IMG/VR virus record: IMGVR_UViG_2869891414_000007
Location: 1 to 64,000 of that record
Origin: a virus
Lineage: Duplodnaviria > Caudoviricetes
Length of the DNA stretch: 64,000 nt
Direction: 5' to 3' (one strand)
Part shown: positions 46,039 to 56,120 of the stretch, piece by piece
Position numbering within the stretch: the stretch's first letter is position 1
Layout: each line of letters begins with the position of its first letter
Position numbers and translations under genes: made by a program
Notes under the pieces: model-generated
Seen by the model: the letters and a program-made list of their open reading frames with translations, nothing else
Told to the model about the DNA's origin: nothing
The model's database searches: none

Positions 46039-47052
46039 TTAAACAAGTCTTGTCATTGCTGAGCTATTAACCAAATCCTTAGCCCCACGCGCTTCACACA
46101 TCATGTCCATATACCACGGGTTACCGCGCGTATCGCCAGTATAACTAATGCCTCTGACGATATACACACCATCGGTCGCAATGCTGGATGGTTGACTTAA
46201 TGCCCCGCTAACGGTCACATTGCCATTACTATTTTGTTCTTCAAGCCTGCTGCCTGCCATTTGTACTTCTTGACTAGAAAGCGTCGTACGATAGACCGAT
46301 TCTTGATTTAATTGGATAAGTCCATTTAACCGAATATTAGGATTAATCAAGCAACGTACGTTAACACCCGACCCAATAGTTTGTTGTGGCATGCCAATCA
46401 AACCAGTGTTGCTGTTTAGCACAATGGCTTCATGCACATACTTATCGTTCGGCACCATATCAACCTTACCGTTCACAAACTGCCAGGTGGCCTTGCATTG
46501 CTTGGCGACGTTATCCAGATAATCCCGTGTCATGCCGTACATGGTTTTACCACGTGGGAATACCGTGGGTGGCATTTCCGGCATGATGCCCTGAGTGATG
46601 CCGAACGGGGCAAGGTTACGCATAAGCAGATTGTTAATATCGGCCACGGTATAACCCGCCGCTACCGTCTGGTTTATTGTGGCGTTAATAAATGCGTTAT
46701 GACCATCGATAGCCTGAATCAGAATAAAGGTATCCGTGGGGTTATCTCTGCCGGTGATGGTGTACCGGATATCACCCGAGAAGATTTCACCGAAGTTAGC
46801 CTCTTCATTTTGTCCGTCCGGAGAGGTCGAGCCATCGTAACCGGCAATTAATCGCAGCTTTGAAAACTCGGTACCGGTGATCCGGTTAATGGTATTTTGT
46901 GACAGGTTATAAATCTTGAAAATAGCGGCGCGTGGGAATGAAGTGTTGTACCACTCAATATTAAACGTCACTTTAAAATCAGTGAAATTAATCCCCTTAC
47001 CTTCGTTATCTAATAGCATCAACTCAAAGTGGCGTATCCAGTTCTTACTCAT
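46039..47052 (-). CDS. Baseplate hub protein
   Basis: KIYNLS, PRGK...G..RD, TGLIGMP; synteny. Confidence 0.78.
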   Translation of the reverse strand: MSKNWIRHFELMLLDNEGKGINFTDFKVTFNIEWYNTSFPRAAIFKIYNLSQNTINRITGTEFSKLRLIAGYDGSTSPDGQNEEANFGEIFSGDIRYTITGRDNPTDTFILIQAIDGHNAFINATINQTVAAGYTVADINNLLMRNLAPFGITQGIMPEMPPTVFPRGKTMYGMTRDYLDNVAKQCKATWQFVNGKVDMVPNDKYVHEAIVLNSNTGLIGMPQQTIGSGVNVRCLINPNIRLNGLIQLNQESVYRTTLSSQEVQMAGSRLEEQNSNGNVTVSGALSQPSSIATDGVYIVRGISYTGDTRGNPWYMDMMCEARGAKDLVNSSAMTRLV

Positions 47053-47105
47053 GAAAACCTCATAAAAAAACCCGCTCAGTGGCGGGTTAAATTGCATGGA
47101 TTGAT

Positions 47106-47414
47106 TTAGCTATTCTGCACAAAATATAAATGGCTACCGGTGCCAAGGTTGGTTTTTGTCGGGTATTCCTCTCGGCTATCATCACTGAGCACCGCAAAAA
47201 TACCATTGATACCCAGATCAGGATATTGCTCAATCAGGTCAACACCGACCACCAGTGGAACGCCGCAAAGCATGTCAGCGCCGCCGCTATCTCTCACGTC
47301 CATTATCCAGCCTGCGACATCACGATAGACCAGGCGCAGGTTAAGTGAGATTTCTCCAAGGGCGATATTGAAAAACTGATTATTGGCCGTTAACGGGATT
47401 TCTTGAACATTCAT
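47106..47414 (-). CDS. Baseplate/tail protein
   Basis: EIPL..NQ.F.I.LG...GW..D...G.PLV.G.DL; synteny. Confidence 0.6.
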   Translation of the reverse strand: MNVQEIPLTANNQFFNIALGEISLNLRLVYRDVAGWIMDVRDSGGADMLCGVPLVVGVDLIEQYPDLGINGIFAVLSDDSREEYPTKTNLGTGSHLYFVQNS

Positions 47415-47992
47415 GCAAGTTTTTCCTTTACCCAGCCAAGACTAGATTGCAACAACGATTTATTGGCCGGTGCTGGTGCCTTGGTGCCGGTGTTTTGCAT
47501 CGCTGAGGTGCTTACTCCATCCCGCATATTCTCTTTATCGGCTACCGTGACAGACTCAGTTTGAGACAGGATGACTTCACGCAGAGTGAGAACGCACATC
47601 AACACATTCTCACTGGTTTTATCGGTCGTCACTTCAATAGCGCGGATCAGCATATTGCTGTATTTTCGCTTACCGGTAATAACGTCTATCGGCTCCCTGC
47701 TTTCCTGTAGTTCGCGAAGTTCTTGATAAACTTCCTCCGGGCTTTTACCCAGACTCAAGCCTATGGTTGAGGTATCCACAAAATCCAGCAAGGAACCGCC
47801 ACCAGCAAAACCGACCTCCATTGTCACTTCAGCGGCACGTTTGTATGCGTGATCGTTTACTGCCGCACCCACCTCGACGGGATGCTCTGTAATTTCCAAT
47901 GCGTCTTGATGCTTTTCAGAGATAATCACACTGGGTACCAGCAACCCAATTTTTCGCGTTTGCTGCCGGAAGATGGCAGAAAGAATATCCAT
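47411..47992 (-). CDS. Tail tube initiator / baseplate protein
   Basis: ITEHPVEVGA.VNDHAY, V.TGKRKY.NMLI. Confidence 0.75.
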   Translation of the reverse strand: MDILSAIFRQQTRKIGLLVPSVIISEKHQDALEITEHPVEVGAAVNDHAYKRAAEVTMEVGFAGGGSLLDFVDTSTIGLSLGKSPEEVYQELRELQESREPIDVITGKRKYSNMLIRAIEVTTDKTSENVLMCVLTLREVILSQTESVTVADKENMRDGVSTSAMQNTGTKAPAPANKSLLQSSLGWVKEKLA

Positions 47993-48000
47993 TCACCCTC

Positions 48001-50007
48001 CTATCGGGTTGGTGTATTTAATTGCTGAGTGAGTCTTGCATTGACGTTAGTCTGTCTGCCTGCAACTTCATTACCTGCGGATACCGGATCAGAGACACCC
48101 GTGATATAGATATTGGTTTCCTGCTGCAACCCTCCACCCGGCATATTGCTATGCACCTTCGGAATGTAATTGCGGGTTTCTCGGGGCATCAGGTCTAAGC
48201 CGTGCTTCTGAACATTGCCGATCCCCCAGTTATAGGAGGCTAGAGCTTTATCCAGATCGCCGCCATTCATCTTAAGAAGCATGCTGAGATATTTCGCGGC
48301 GGCGGCGGCTGATTTCTCTGGGTCGAAAACGTCATTACCCTTAAGTCCCATATCTTTTGCTGTCGCGTCCATGAACTGGAATAACCCTTTGGCGCCCGCG
48401 CCAGAGATAGCGAACTGATTACCGCCAGATTCCGTTATCGCCACACTCCGCAATAAACCCGCTGGTAGGTTGTTTAATGCTTCTAACTTAGTGAGGGTAG
48501 GTTGCAGCCAGCCTAAAAGGGCTGCGCCTGACGCTGACGCGGTTGGCCTTTTTACCGACTGTGCATACTGGTCCGGCTCTGTGGTATCACTTTCACCGCG
48601 CAACCACCGTCCAACACTTCTCGGATCAAAGCCGGTTTTATCTTTGACCCAATCGGCGGCACTATTTGCGCTATCGGTTACCGCAGGCATGGCGTCCGGC
48701 TGATCGCTGCCCTGACTTAACAGCGCCTTTCCTATCCTGGCCACCTCAACCCAATTGCCCTCTTTCAGCGCATTAATCAGGTCACCGATCATCGATAACA
48801 TCTTGCCGAACTCGCCGAATTGCTTCGTTAGGTTCTCGATGTCACCTTTTAGCGTCCAGTTTTTCAGATTAATGTTGAGTAGACGGGCAATCTCAACGCC
48901 AACGCCTTTAATCGATTTCGTTAACTCATCGATCCCCTCGAGCGCGGCGTTTATTTCTTGTTCCCACTGGCCCCAATCAATCAGGCTTTCCCCGCCCTCT
49001 TTCCACGTCTTATAGTCGTCATACAGAGCAAAGAGAGCCGCACCCAGTGAGAGAATAATACCCACTGGTGACGTGAGGAACGCTGTGTTAAGTAAGCGCC
49101 ATGCCAACAGCAACCCACCAGACAACATAATGAGCTGCTGTGTGACCGGATCTAGCTTTTTAAACCAGTTGATGACATCACCGACAGCCTGACCAGTGCG
49201 CCATAATACGCGCGTAACCGCATCCCCCGCCCAGAGAATGCCCTTGATAACCTTCATCAACACAGCTTCAATCTTCGGCCAGTTGTCTAGAAGCTGCTTG
49301 CGCAGAGCATCGATATCCCCCGCCAGCCCATTAGCCAGATTTGCGCCAATCTTGTCCCGCGCCTGACCAAGTGTCATCGTGAGGTTACGCATGGACGTCA
49401 TAAAGCGGTTAGATTGCTTGGCCGCGGTATCCGCATTAAAACCGATTTTCTTAGCGGTTAATGCATATTCGGAGCCAAAGCCCCCCAGCCCCTTACGCAT
49501 TGCCATTAGCGTATTTTCATCAATACCCAGCATCTGCGCGTATTGGTTGGCGCGGTAATACGGCATGCTGCTTAGTTTGGCACTAAGGCCGGTAAAGATG
49601 GCCGAGGTATCGCGCATGTTACCGTTAGCGCTACGGGTCTGAATACCCAACCGATTGAGAAAGCCCTCAGCCCCCGGACTGTTACGGATAAATCGAGCAA
49701 GGCTTTCGAGTGAGCCTTGTGCTGATGCGGCATCTACGCCAAGTTGCGAAGCGGCATAACCTAACGCCTTGATACCCGCCACCGATGCGCCCGTACGCTG
49801 GGAGGCGAAATAAACCTTATCCAGACCGTCAGCAATCTTGGTGGTAAAACCAACAACGGCCAACGCTGCCCCTTCGACCACTGCGCCCATTTTCAGTACA
49901 TTGGCCGTGACGCCGGCGACCACAGCGGAAAATTTCTTTTCTCCTGCCTCGTCCAATTCAAAGCCAAGACTGACCAGAAAGTCCTTAATGGTTTCAGCGT
50001 TGCTCAT
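48001..50007 (-). CDS. Tape measure with a C-terminal lytic transglycosylase domain
   Basis: TESGG...AGAKGLFQFM..TA, ALASYNWG, ETRNYI SLT motifs. Confidence 0.88.
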   Translation of the reverse strand: MSNAETIKDFLVSLGFELDEAGEKKFSAVVAGVTANVLKMGAVVEGAALAVVGFTTKIADGLDKVYFASQRTGASVAGIKALGYAASQLGVDAASAQGSLESLARFIRNSPGAEGFLNRLGIQTRSANGNMRDTSAIFTGLSAKLSSMPYYRANQYAQMLGIDENTLMAMRKGLGGFGSEYALTAKKIGFNADTAAKQSNRFMTSMRNLTMTLGQARDKIGANLANGLAGDIDALRKQLLDNWPKIEAVLMKVIKGILWAGDAVTRVLWRTGQAVGDVINWFKKLDPVTQQLIMLSGGLLLAWRLLNTAFLTSPVGIILSLGAALFALYDDYKTWKEGGESLIDWGQWEQEINAALEGIDELTKSIKGVGVEIARLLNINLKNWTLKGDIENLTKQFGEFGKMLSMIGDLINALKEGNWVEVARIGKALLSQGSDQPDAMPAVTDSANSAADWVKDKTGFDPRSVGRWLRGESDTTEPDQYAQSVKRPTASASGAALLGWLQPTLTKLEALNNLPAGLLRSVAITESGGNQFAISGAGAKGLFQFMDATAKDMGLKGNDVFDPEKSAAAAAKYLSMLLKMNGGDLDKALASYNWGIGNVQKHGLDLMPRETRNYIPKVHSNMPGGGLQQETNIYITGVSDPVSAGNEVAGRQTNVNARLTQQLNTPTR

Positions 50008-50242
50008 TGTCGGCTCTCCATTTGTCTATTTTCGCCTGATTCTCAGCCTCCAGATCGAGATAATCATTTAGCAGTGCAATGTCGAGTAGGTCTAGATTGC
50101 CGCTTTTGATTTCACCCATGGTCGTGAGTTGGTGCTTTACCGGGCGCAAGATAAAATCCTCCCCACCTGGCAAGGTATCCAGCATTAAGCCGCTGGCGGT
50201 TCCGCTGGTGCGCTCTCTTGGAGTTCGTGCAAAAAATTTCCC
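49994..50242 (-). CDS. Tail chaperone extension via a probable -1 frameshift
   Basis: G GGA AAT TTT TTG slippery sequence (50231-50242); the -1 frame is open into MLDTLPGGEDFILRPV. Confidence 0.7.
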   Translation of the reverse strand, partial: GKFFARTPRERTSGTASGLMLDTLPGGEDFILRPVKHQLTTMGEIKSGNLDLLDIALLNDYLDLEAENQAKIDKWRADNEQR

Positions 50243-50583
50243 ATCGAGTTGCCTACCACCCGACCAACAATTTGCAACATTGCCATCAGATCAATGTCAT
50301 CAAACATCAGTTCACCGCCGCTAAATATCGGGTTATAGGCTTTGCCGTGCTTGCGTGTCACTATCGCCAAGCAGGGGTGAATAATGGCATTGCAGTCCTC
50401 GTCGCTGATATCGGAAAGTGACTGGGCGATACTGGGTAACGCCGTTTCAATCGTCACCGTGCCGCTTCGCAGGTCTTTGAGAATACCCGCCAGTAGGGGC
50501 AACAACTTACGCGACACTTTCAACTGCGCGAACACGTCGAGTTTCTTAGAGCGGTACTCGATACCTTTAATCGTAAATTCCAT
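50185..50583 (-). CDS. Tail assembly chaperone
   Basis: Lies between tube and tape measure; KLDVFAQLKVSRKLLP. Confidence 0.8.
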   Translation of the reverse strand: MEFTIKGIEYRSKKLDVFAQLKVSRKLLPLLAGILKDLRSGTVTIETALPSIAQSLSDISDEDCNAIIHPCLAIVTRKHGKAYNPIFSGGELMFDDIDLMAMLQIVGRVVGNSMGNFLHELQESAPAEPPAA

Positions 50584-50593
50584 TAATTACTCC

Positions 50594-51034
50594 TTAAAAA
50601 GTACCCAGCAGTTGGTCAACCTTGATGCAGTCAAATACCCATGCCACCAGCGCACCGTCTTTGGCGTTATTGAAATCGGGCTGCTTTTGGAATGCACAGC
50701 CACGTGCGGCAAAGGTGTCACCGCTGGCGGTGTTGCGGATCAGAATGATGTTGTTGCCCCAGGTGGCACTCGACTGCGCCTGCGCGTTATACATAACCGA
50801 TAACTTGCGATTAGTCGGGCTGGTTTTCAGTAGATTTACCGTCACCGTGCCACCTTTGCCTGCATGTAGGCTGTGCATCCCCTCACCGTCAGCACCAATG
50901 GTCATGGTGTTCTTATTCTCGATCATTGAGGTGGTGATCCCCTCATCGGTGACGGCGGCGCCATAACCTAGATCGAATGAACCGCCTACACCCACGATAG
51001 AGGCGGTAACGTCCATAAAGCTATAAGTTGACAT
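50594..51034 (-). CDS. Tail tube, DUF3277-like
   Basis: MSTYSF.DV, TIGADGEGMHS. Confidence 0.82.
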   Translation of the reverse strand: MSTYSFMDVTASIVGVGGSFDLGYGAAVTDEGITTSMIENKNTMTIGADGEGMHSLHAGKGGTVTVNLLKTSPTNRKLSVMYNAQAQSSATWGNNIILIRNTASGDTFAARGCAFQKQPDFNNAKDGALVAWVFDCIKVDQLLGTF

Positions 51035-51045
51035 TTATCAGCTCC

Positions 51046-52521
51046 TTAGCGGTTAACATTGATGATGACATCGGCGTAGTGAACCGCACCGGCCAACTTG
51101 ATTGCAGACTGCATCACCGGTGCTTTACGTCCCTCGCGGTCGGCCTGTGCCTGTGATGCCACTGGCGGCGCGTAAACGTAGTAGCCTTTGGTCAGGGTGT
51201 CGCCGGTTGCCAACACGCCGAAACTATCACCACCCCAGACACCCGGTGCTACCAGCCCGTTAATGACCGATTGATCCAGTGACTTCTCTACATTGGCTAG
51301 CAAACGGGTTACACCCGCGTCTGTCTGTGGAATTTTGGTGGGGCTGGTAAACAGTAGGTTGTAGAGGTTGTTCTGTACGTAGTTCTGCAACCAGTCGAGG
51401 CCGTGGCGCTCATCAAAGAAATCACCGTTGCACATCACGCCCTCTTGAATAATCGCCGTGTCGTTGTCGTAATTGACGAACACATTGCAATTCTTCGCTT
51501 TCAGCGCGTTAGCTTGAGACTGCTCAAGTGATTCGGCGGTAATACCTGGCTGTTGTTTGAATTTAAGCGTGATGGTGGTGTTATTGCCGTTGAAATTCAC
51601 AGTAAACGCACGACCAAAGATAGAGGCGGCGGCATACGGGCTGGCGCTGGAATACTGCACCAGGGTACGGGCATATTTCGCCGCTTTCAGCTTGCTGGCG
51701 ATATCGGTATCAATATCCGCATCCAGCGCAGTAGTTACCTGTGTGGTATGGCCGTAAACCCGAGAAACATCATCACTCTGGATAAACGAGGCAATACTGA
51801 TCACGTCTGTATCGCTTAATGATGGGTCGGCAATAACCAGCCCATACCAGCGCGTAGACATGTCAGCTAATTTATAAATGCATGCCTGAATAGTTTCATT
51901 CGCCAGACCTTGAACCGGCAGCGCGCCGGCGCTCTCAACCAATCCCAGCAGTACAGAAATATCGGTACCGGTCGCATTAGCCGAACCGTAGCCGACTGAT
52001 GATGCTGCGCCTGTCGTTTTGGATGTGATGATGAAGCGGCTACCATTCCAGATAACGGTTGCGATAAGCAGTGATTCCTCTACTCGGGCCGCAACACCAT
52101 TCAGGTTTAGTTCATCAGTCCAATCAACATCACTGACAACGGTTTCAACACCATCTACCGTGATTTTCATGGAGCCATCAGCAATAGCGGTAAAGTTAGC
52201 CATAAGCTGTTGAGTTGGGTTTAAAATCGCACCGCGCAATAGTCCGGCTGCATCCTCTTTCACCCAGCGGCCGACATAGGAATCAATCGGTTGTGGGGAT
52301 TGCTGATAATACAAATTAGCGGCCTGATACTCAGGTGCTGTCAGACCAAAGTCAGATGCGATATCTGTCGCGCTTGAATAGTTGCGCAGACGTTCGTGAG
52401 CATCGATAACAGGCGACGGGCCAACCACCAGCAGGGAACCAAAGTTCCGCGCCATGGCAGCACGCACAGCCATATTCACCGTCACATTGACGATGTTAGA
52501 AACAGGTAATCCCTGCGACAT
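51046..52521 (-). CDS. Tail sheath, DUF3383-like
   Basis: [38 protein letters not shown]. Confidence 0.88.
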   Translation of the reverse strand: MSQGLPVSNIVNVTVNMAVRAAMARNFGSLLVVGPSPVIDAHERLRNYSSATDIASDFGLTAPEYQAANLYYQQSPQPIDSYVGRWVKEDAAGLLRGAILNPTQQLMANFTAIADGSMKITVDGVETVVSDVDWTDELNLNGVAARVEESLLIATVIWNGSRFIITSKTTGAASSVGYGSANATGTDISVLLGLVESAGALPVQGLANETIQACIYKLADMSTRWYGLVIADPSLSDTDVISIASFIQSDDVSRVYGHTTQVTTALDADIDTDIASKLKAAKYARTLVQYSSASPYAAASIFGRAFTVNFNGNNTTITLKFKQQPGITAESLEQSQANALKAKNCNVFVNYDNDTAIIQEGVMCNGDFFDERHGLDWLQNYVQNNLYNLLFTSPTKIPQTDAGVTRLLANVEKSLDQSVINGLVAPGVWGGDSFGVLATGDTLTKGYYVYAPPVASQAQADREGRKAPVMQSAIKLAGAVHYADVIINVNR

Positions 52522-52523
52522 GG

Positions 52524-53072
52524 TTATTCTCCGAAGAATTTAACGGGGGCGGAGGTCAGCGATTTAATGCCGTACTCGCGTATTACTTTGCGGCGTAGCT
52601 TGATGGTGATATCGAAGCGACGAACCCATTTGTTATTGATGAGTTCAGGAAAGGGATTAATGCGACTGCAACGGGCCAGAGAAAGGCCCATTCTCACCAG
52701 TTCGTCATTGTTTTGAGTGATAGTCAGACCGTCACGGAATTGAGTTGCATACCGTTGCCCGTTGGGACCGTAGAAACTCGCCATACATTCGACTTCTTCG
52801 TGTCGCCATAACTCGGTGCTGTTTTCAGTTTGGTTCTCAAAGGCGGGGCTGGCATCATCAGGAATATCGATTACCCCAAAGCCGCACCAGTTAACATCAG
52901 CCTCCATAATGGGTGACTGCACGGCTGTCCAGCGTGGGCGAACGTGACCATCGGGTAGCCCGGACACCCCTCTCACCCACTGACTCAGTAAGCGCTCCAG
53001 CGTCTCATCGTAAGCGGGACCGTCAGCAATGGGTGTTAGCCAGCCTGCCTCATCACTGCTGTTGTTGCTCAA
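52524..53072 (-). CDS. Tail terminator / neck protein
   Basis: Probable TTG start at 53072; [17 protein letters not shown]. Confidence 0.65.
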   Translation of the reverse strand: MSNNSSDEAGWLTPIADGPAYDETLERLLSQWVRGVSGLPDGHVRPRWTAVQSPIMEADVNWCGFGVIDIPDDASPAFENQTENSTELWRHEEVECMASFYGPNGQRYATQFRDGLTITQNNDELVRMGLSLARCSRINPFPELINNKWVRRFDITIKLRRKVIREYGIKSLTSAPVKFFGE

Positions 53073-53451
53073 TGGGAATTCCTCCATCGAACGGCAGGAG
53101 TTCACAGTGCGCTTGAACGAATCCCGCACCATATGCCGTGTAGGGGTCAACAAAGGTCACGCGATAATCGCGATTCTGATAGGTAACAATATCGGCATCA
53201 CGCCCCGTCTGCCCCTGGGTAAGCCGCTCGACAGTCACAATAAGAATTGCGCCACCAATGACATTCCCTGACATCATCCGGCGCGACTCAAGCGAGCGAT
53301 CAACCGTAACCACTCCCGCAAAACCTTTTTCAATGACGGTGTTGGTGGCGAATCCGTCTGCATCAACCGTCTGCATGTTTCGTTTAACCACCAGTGACAT
53401 GTCACAGAAGTCCGGGTCAAACAGCACGTCGGTTACATCAAGATTTGGCAT
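53053..53451 (-). CDS. Head closure / head-tail adaptor
   Basis: [14 protein letters not shown]; synteny. Confidence 0.6.
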   Translation of the reverse strand: MPNLDVTDVLFDPDFCDMSLVVKRNMQTVDADGFATNTVIEKGFAGVVTVDRSLESRRMMSGNVIGGAILIVTVERLTQGQTGRDADIVTYQNRDYRVTFVDPYTAYGAGFVQAHCELLPFDGGIPIEQQQQ

Positions 53452-53932
53452 ATTTGTCCCTTACGATAGAGGTTATCGTCCGTCGATATTGCCCGGTGTC
53501 AATGAGTGGCTTATCCCCGCTGCGACCGCGCCGCAAACGAGCGCTGATAGTGCTGTCAGCTAAAGGGGTAAAGCCGGTAATAGTGATATAGCGTTTCACC
53601 GCATTGCTAGCGATGATACCCGCCTGCTCTAACGCCCGATCTGCGGCGGCCTGATTGCCCGCCAAAACCGCCTGCGCCGCCTGTTTCAGCTTTTGGGTGG
53701 TTTCGTCCTGTACCGACCTGACGCCAGGCTGTAGGTGGGGTCGTGGGGGGATATTTTGCGCCGGTGAACCAAATTCGTTGATATAACCGATCCCGGCGTT
53801 ACCGAAAGGGATATCCTCCCGTTCACTTTTCTCCTCAGGGATACCAATCAACACATCTTTCCTGCCGATGGCCTTAAGTGCCGCCAGCACATCATTTGTT
53901 TTATCTACCCGTACCTTTAAGCCGCTTTTCAT
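53438..53932 (-). CDS. Neck protein, HK97 gp10-like
   Basis: EFG.P...IPPRP.L, PLADSTI, PLIDTGQ. Confidence 0.75.
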   Translation of the reverse strand: MKSGLKVRVDKTNDVLAALKAIGRKDVLIGIPEEKSEREDIPFGNAGIGYINEFGSPAQNIPPRPHLQPGVRSVQDETTQKLKQAAQAVLAGNQAAADRALEQAGIIASNAVKRYITITGFTPLADSTISARLRRGRSGDKPLIDTGQYRRTITSIVRDKYAKS

Positions 53933-54333
53933 AGCTGCCGCCCTCCAGCGCCAAACATGAGGATGATCTGGTAGAACTCGGCACCGTAGCGGGTGAAATT
54001 CCAGAATCCGGCATCAGGGTTCAGCGTGGCGCTATTGTCATAGCTCACCGAAACCTTATCGACACTCTTAGAAGCCGCTACACCATTCGTTGCCCCACTA
54101 GCACCTCCCAGCGCCGCCGATTGCATGTCTTTCGCTTGCAATGTTATGTAATGAGCGACAAATAACTCAACCAGATAGGGAAACATATTATCCAGTAGGT
54201 TCTCATCTAACAGGTTGTCAGCGAGTGATAGTCGAAACTGAATGGCGGCGGTAGGGTATCGGGCTTCATTCTCGAACTGGGGGAAATCAGTCCTGAACTG
54301 TGCCGCTGTCGGTAGGTTTCTGTTCCTTGGCAT
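53929..54333 (-). CDS. Head-tail connector, DUF4054-like
   Basis: [34 protein letters not shown]. Confidence 0.8.
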   Translation of the reverse strand: MPRNRNLPTAAQFRTDFPQFENEARYPTAAIQFRLSLADNLLDENLLDNMFPYLVELFVAHYITLQAKDMQSAALGGASGATNGVAASKSVDKVSVSYDNSATLNPDAGFWNFTRYGAEFYQIILMFGAGGRQL

Positions 54334-54631
54334 TGGCTTTTACCTTCGGTTTAGTTAGCTCATCGATTTGCTTCTGCATCTCAAGGATGGAGTTATCACG
54401 ATCAGCCAGCGCTTGCGTCTGTTCATCGATTTGCTTCTGCATCTCAAGGATGGAGGCTTGCAGGTCGGTGTTATTTTGCTCAACCTCTCCGTCAATCACC
54501 TCGGCGTGTGCCAGAGTGAACCAATGCTCCGCAACGTCTTTCGTCACCGTGTGAGTGCCAACGAGAAAGGCGATATCTTGCTGACCAGGCAGGGACAATT
54601 TAAAGGGGGTATGTACTGCAATTTTCATCAT
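54287..54631 (-). CDS. Small head-region protein with an internal duplication
   Basis: [11 protein letters not shown] repeated at 21-aa spacing. Confidence 0.55.
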   Translation of the reverse strand: MMKIAVHTPFKLSLPGQQDIAFLVGTHTVTKDVAEHWFTLAHAEVIDGEVEQNNTDLQASILEMQKQIDEQTQALADRDNSILEMQKQIDELTKPKVKANAKEQKPTDSGTVQD

Positions 54632-54668
54632 TTCACCTTACAGGCCTCCTGCGAGGCCATCAGAGTTA

Positions 54669-55613
54669 TTAAATGCCGTCGAAGTAAGCCAGTGTTTCAA
54701 TGTACGGGGCTTCAACCACACCCAGCTTTCCGTAATAGGTCACCAACTGCCACAGCCCACGATACTGGATCGGGATGCTGGTCAGTGGCACTAGTGGGAA
54801 GCGCACATACTTACGGTCATTGGTGTAGGCCACCATCCGATCTTTACCCGCCACACCCGCACCTTTCAGCCATTTCACCGCGCGGATATTCAGAGGAATA
54901 CCGTTTTGATGGAAAGAGATAGTGTTAGTAGTCAGGTAGGTCAGCAAAGATTGGTTACCCGCATCAGACACAATAACCTGCGCCAGATAGGCGTACTGCT
55001 CAGGAGGTAACAGCAGGTCTTTCGGTACCACGGTATAACCAGATGCAGCCCAGGCATCGGAAAGCACCTTGTTAATGGAATCGCGAATCTCCGCAACGGT
55101 CGAGGTCAGCCACGATTTCACCGCGTTGCCGATCGCTACGCCGGTGTAGTTAGCCAGACCTTTTACGCCCAAATCGGTATCACCGAGATAGACCTGTTCG
55201 TCGGCATCCATGTGCCATTTCAACACCATGCCGTCATATTTCTGCGTATCAATTGGACGGCCCATCTGTTGAGCGGCGGCTAATTCAATCACCGTCCAAC
55301 CCAGTTCCATCCCCCACAGTGTCAGCGGGAAACCCTTTTTATCGATATCTAAGTTAATGCCTGCCAGTGCGGTCGACTCCTGGCTAACCCAGTTTTTACC
55401 CTTTGGATTGGCACCGGTACCGGCTGCAGCAAAGCCGGTTTTAGTGAATGAGCTGATTTCATCGGCGATATTCACGTCTTCACGGAATTGAATGTCGCGG
55501 GTGTAGGTCGTCCCCACCAACGGCAGGTTAATCTCTGGATCTAATCGCTCCAGCTCTCCAATGAGGAATGCGCCGCTGGCATCAATGGTGCGCTGGCTGT
55601 CGTATGTGATCAT
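54669..55613 (-). CDS. Major capsid protein, DUF2184-like
   Basis: GAFLIGELERLD, follows the decoration gene, 314 aa. Confidence 0.85.
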   Translation of the reverse strand: MITYDSQRTIDASGAFLIGELERLDPEINLPLVGTTYTRDIQFREDVNIADEISSFTKTGFAAAGTGANPKGKNWVSQESTALAGINLDIDKKGFPLTLWGMELGWTVIELAAAQQMGRPIDTQKYDGMVLKWHMDADEQVYLGDTDLGVKGLANYTGVAIGNAVKSWLTSTVAEIRDSINKVLSDAWAASGYTVVPKDLLLPPEQYAYLAQVIVSDAGNQSLLTYLTTNTISFHQNGIPLNIRAVKWLKGAGVAGKDRMVAYTNDRKYVRFPLVPLTSIPIQYRGLWQLVTYYGKLGVVEAPYIETLAYFDGI

Positions 55614-55625
55614 ATTGATTGTTCC

Positions 55626-56117
55626 TTAAATCTTGTAAGAGATTTCAGTGTTACCAGCGGCATCACCGGCACCGGTGAAATAAGCGTTAGGCAGCACCAC
55701 GGTAGTGTCAGCAATCGCAGTGGCCAGCACCGAACCTAGCGGGCTATCGTCAGTAGCACCGGCAATACGGATATAGACCGGCGCACCTTTAGTCACACCC
55801 GCTGCCGTAGCCCCAATATTGACCGACAGGTAACCGCGCTTTAGCGCATCACCGGCAAAGTTGTTGCTGGTACCAATTTGGCGCACTTTGTCTGGCGTTG
55901 ATGTGGTGGGGAATGGTCGGACAAAGATACCGACGATTTTGTCTGCGGTATCATCTTCTTCCAACGGTACAAAGAAATTGCCGCTGAACTTTCCGGCCAG
56001 ACCGTATTGGCTAAATGGGTTGGCCGTATTAATCAGTACCGGCTCAATAGTCAGATCCTGCGGGCGCGAGACGGCCCCGGCAATGCCCGCAGGCATCCGG
56101 AATAAATATGCTGTCAT
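55626..56117 (-). CDS. Capsid decoration/cement protein
   Basis: RMPAGIAG.VSR, LKRGY..V; synteny. Confidence 0.7.
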   Translation of the reverse strand: MTAYLFRMPAGIAGAVSRPQDLTIEPVLINTANPFSQYGLAGKFSGNFFVPLEEDDTADKIVGIFVRPFPTTSTPDKVRQIGTSNNFAGDALKRGYLSVNIGATAAGVTKGAPVYIRIAGATDDSPLGSVLATAIADTTVVLPNAYFTGAGDAAGNTEISYKI

Positions 56118-56120
56118 GAA

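Noticed and set aside
54368-54922. 184-aa plus-strand ORF and many similar short opposite-strand ORFs in the late operons
   Set aside because: Shadows of well-supported structural genes
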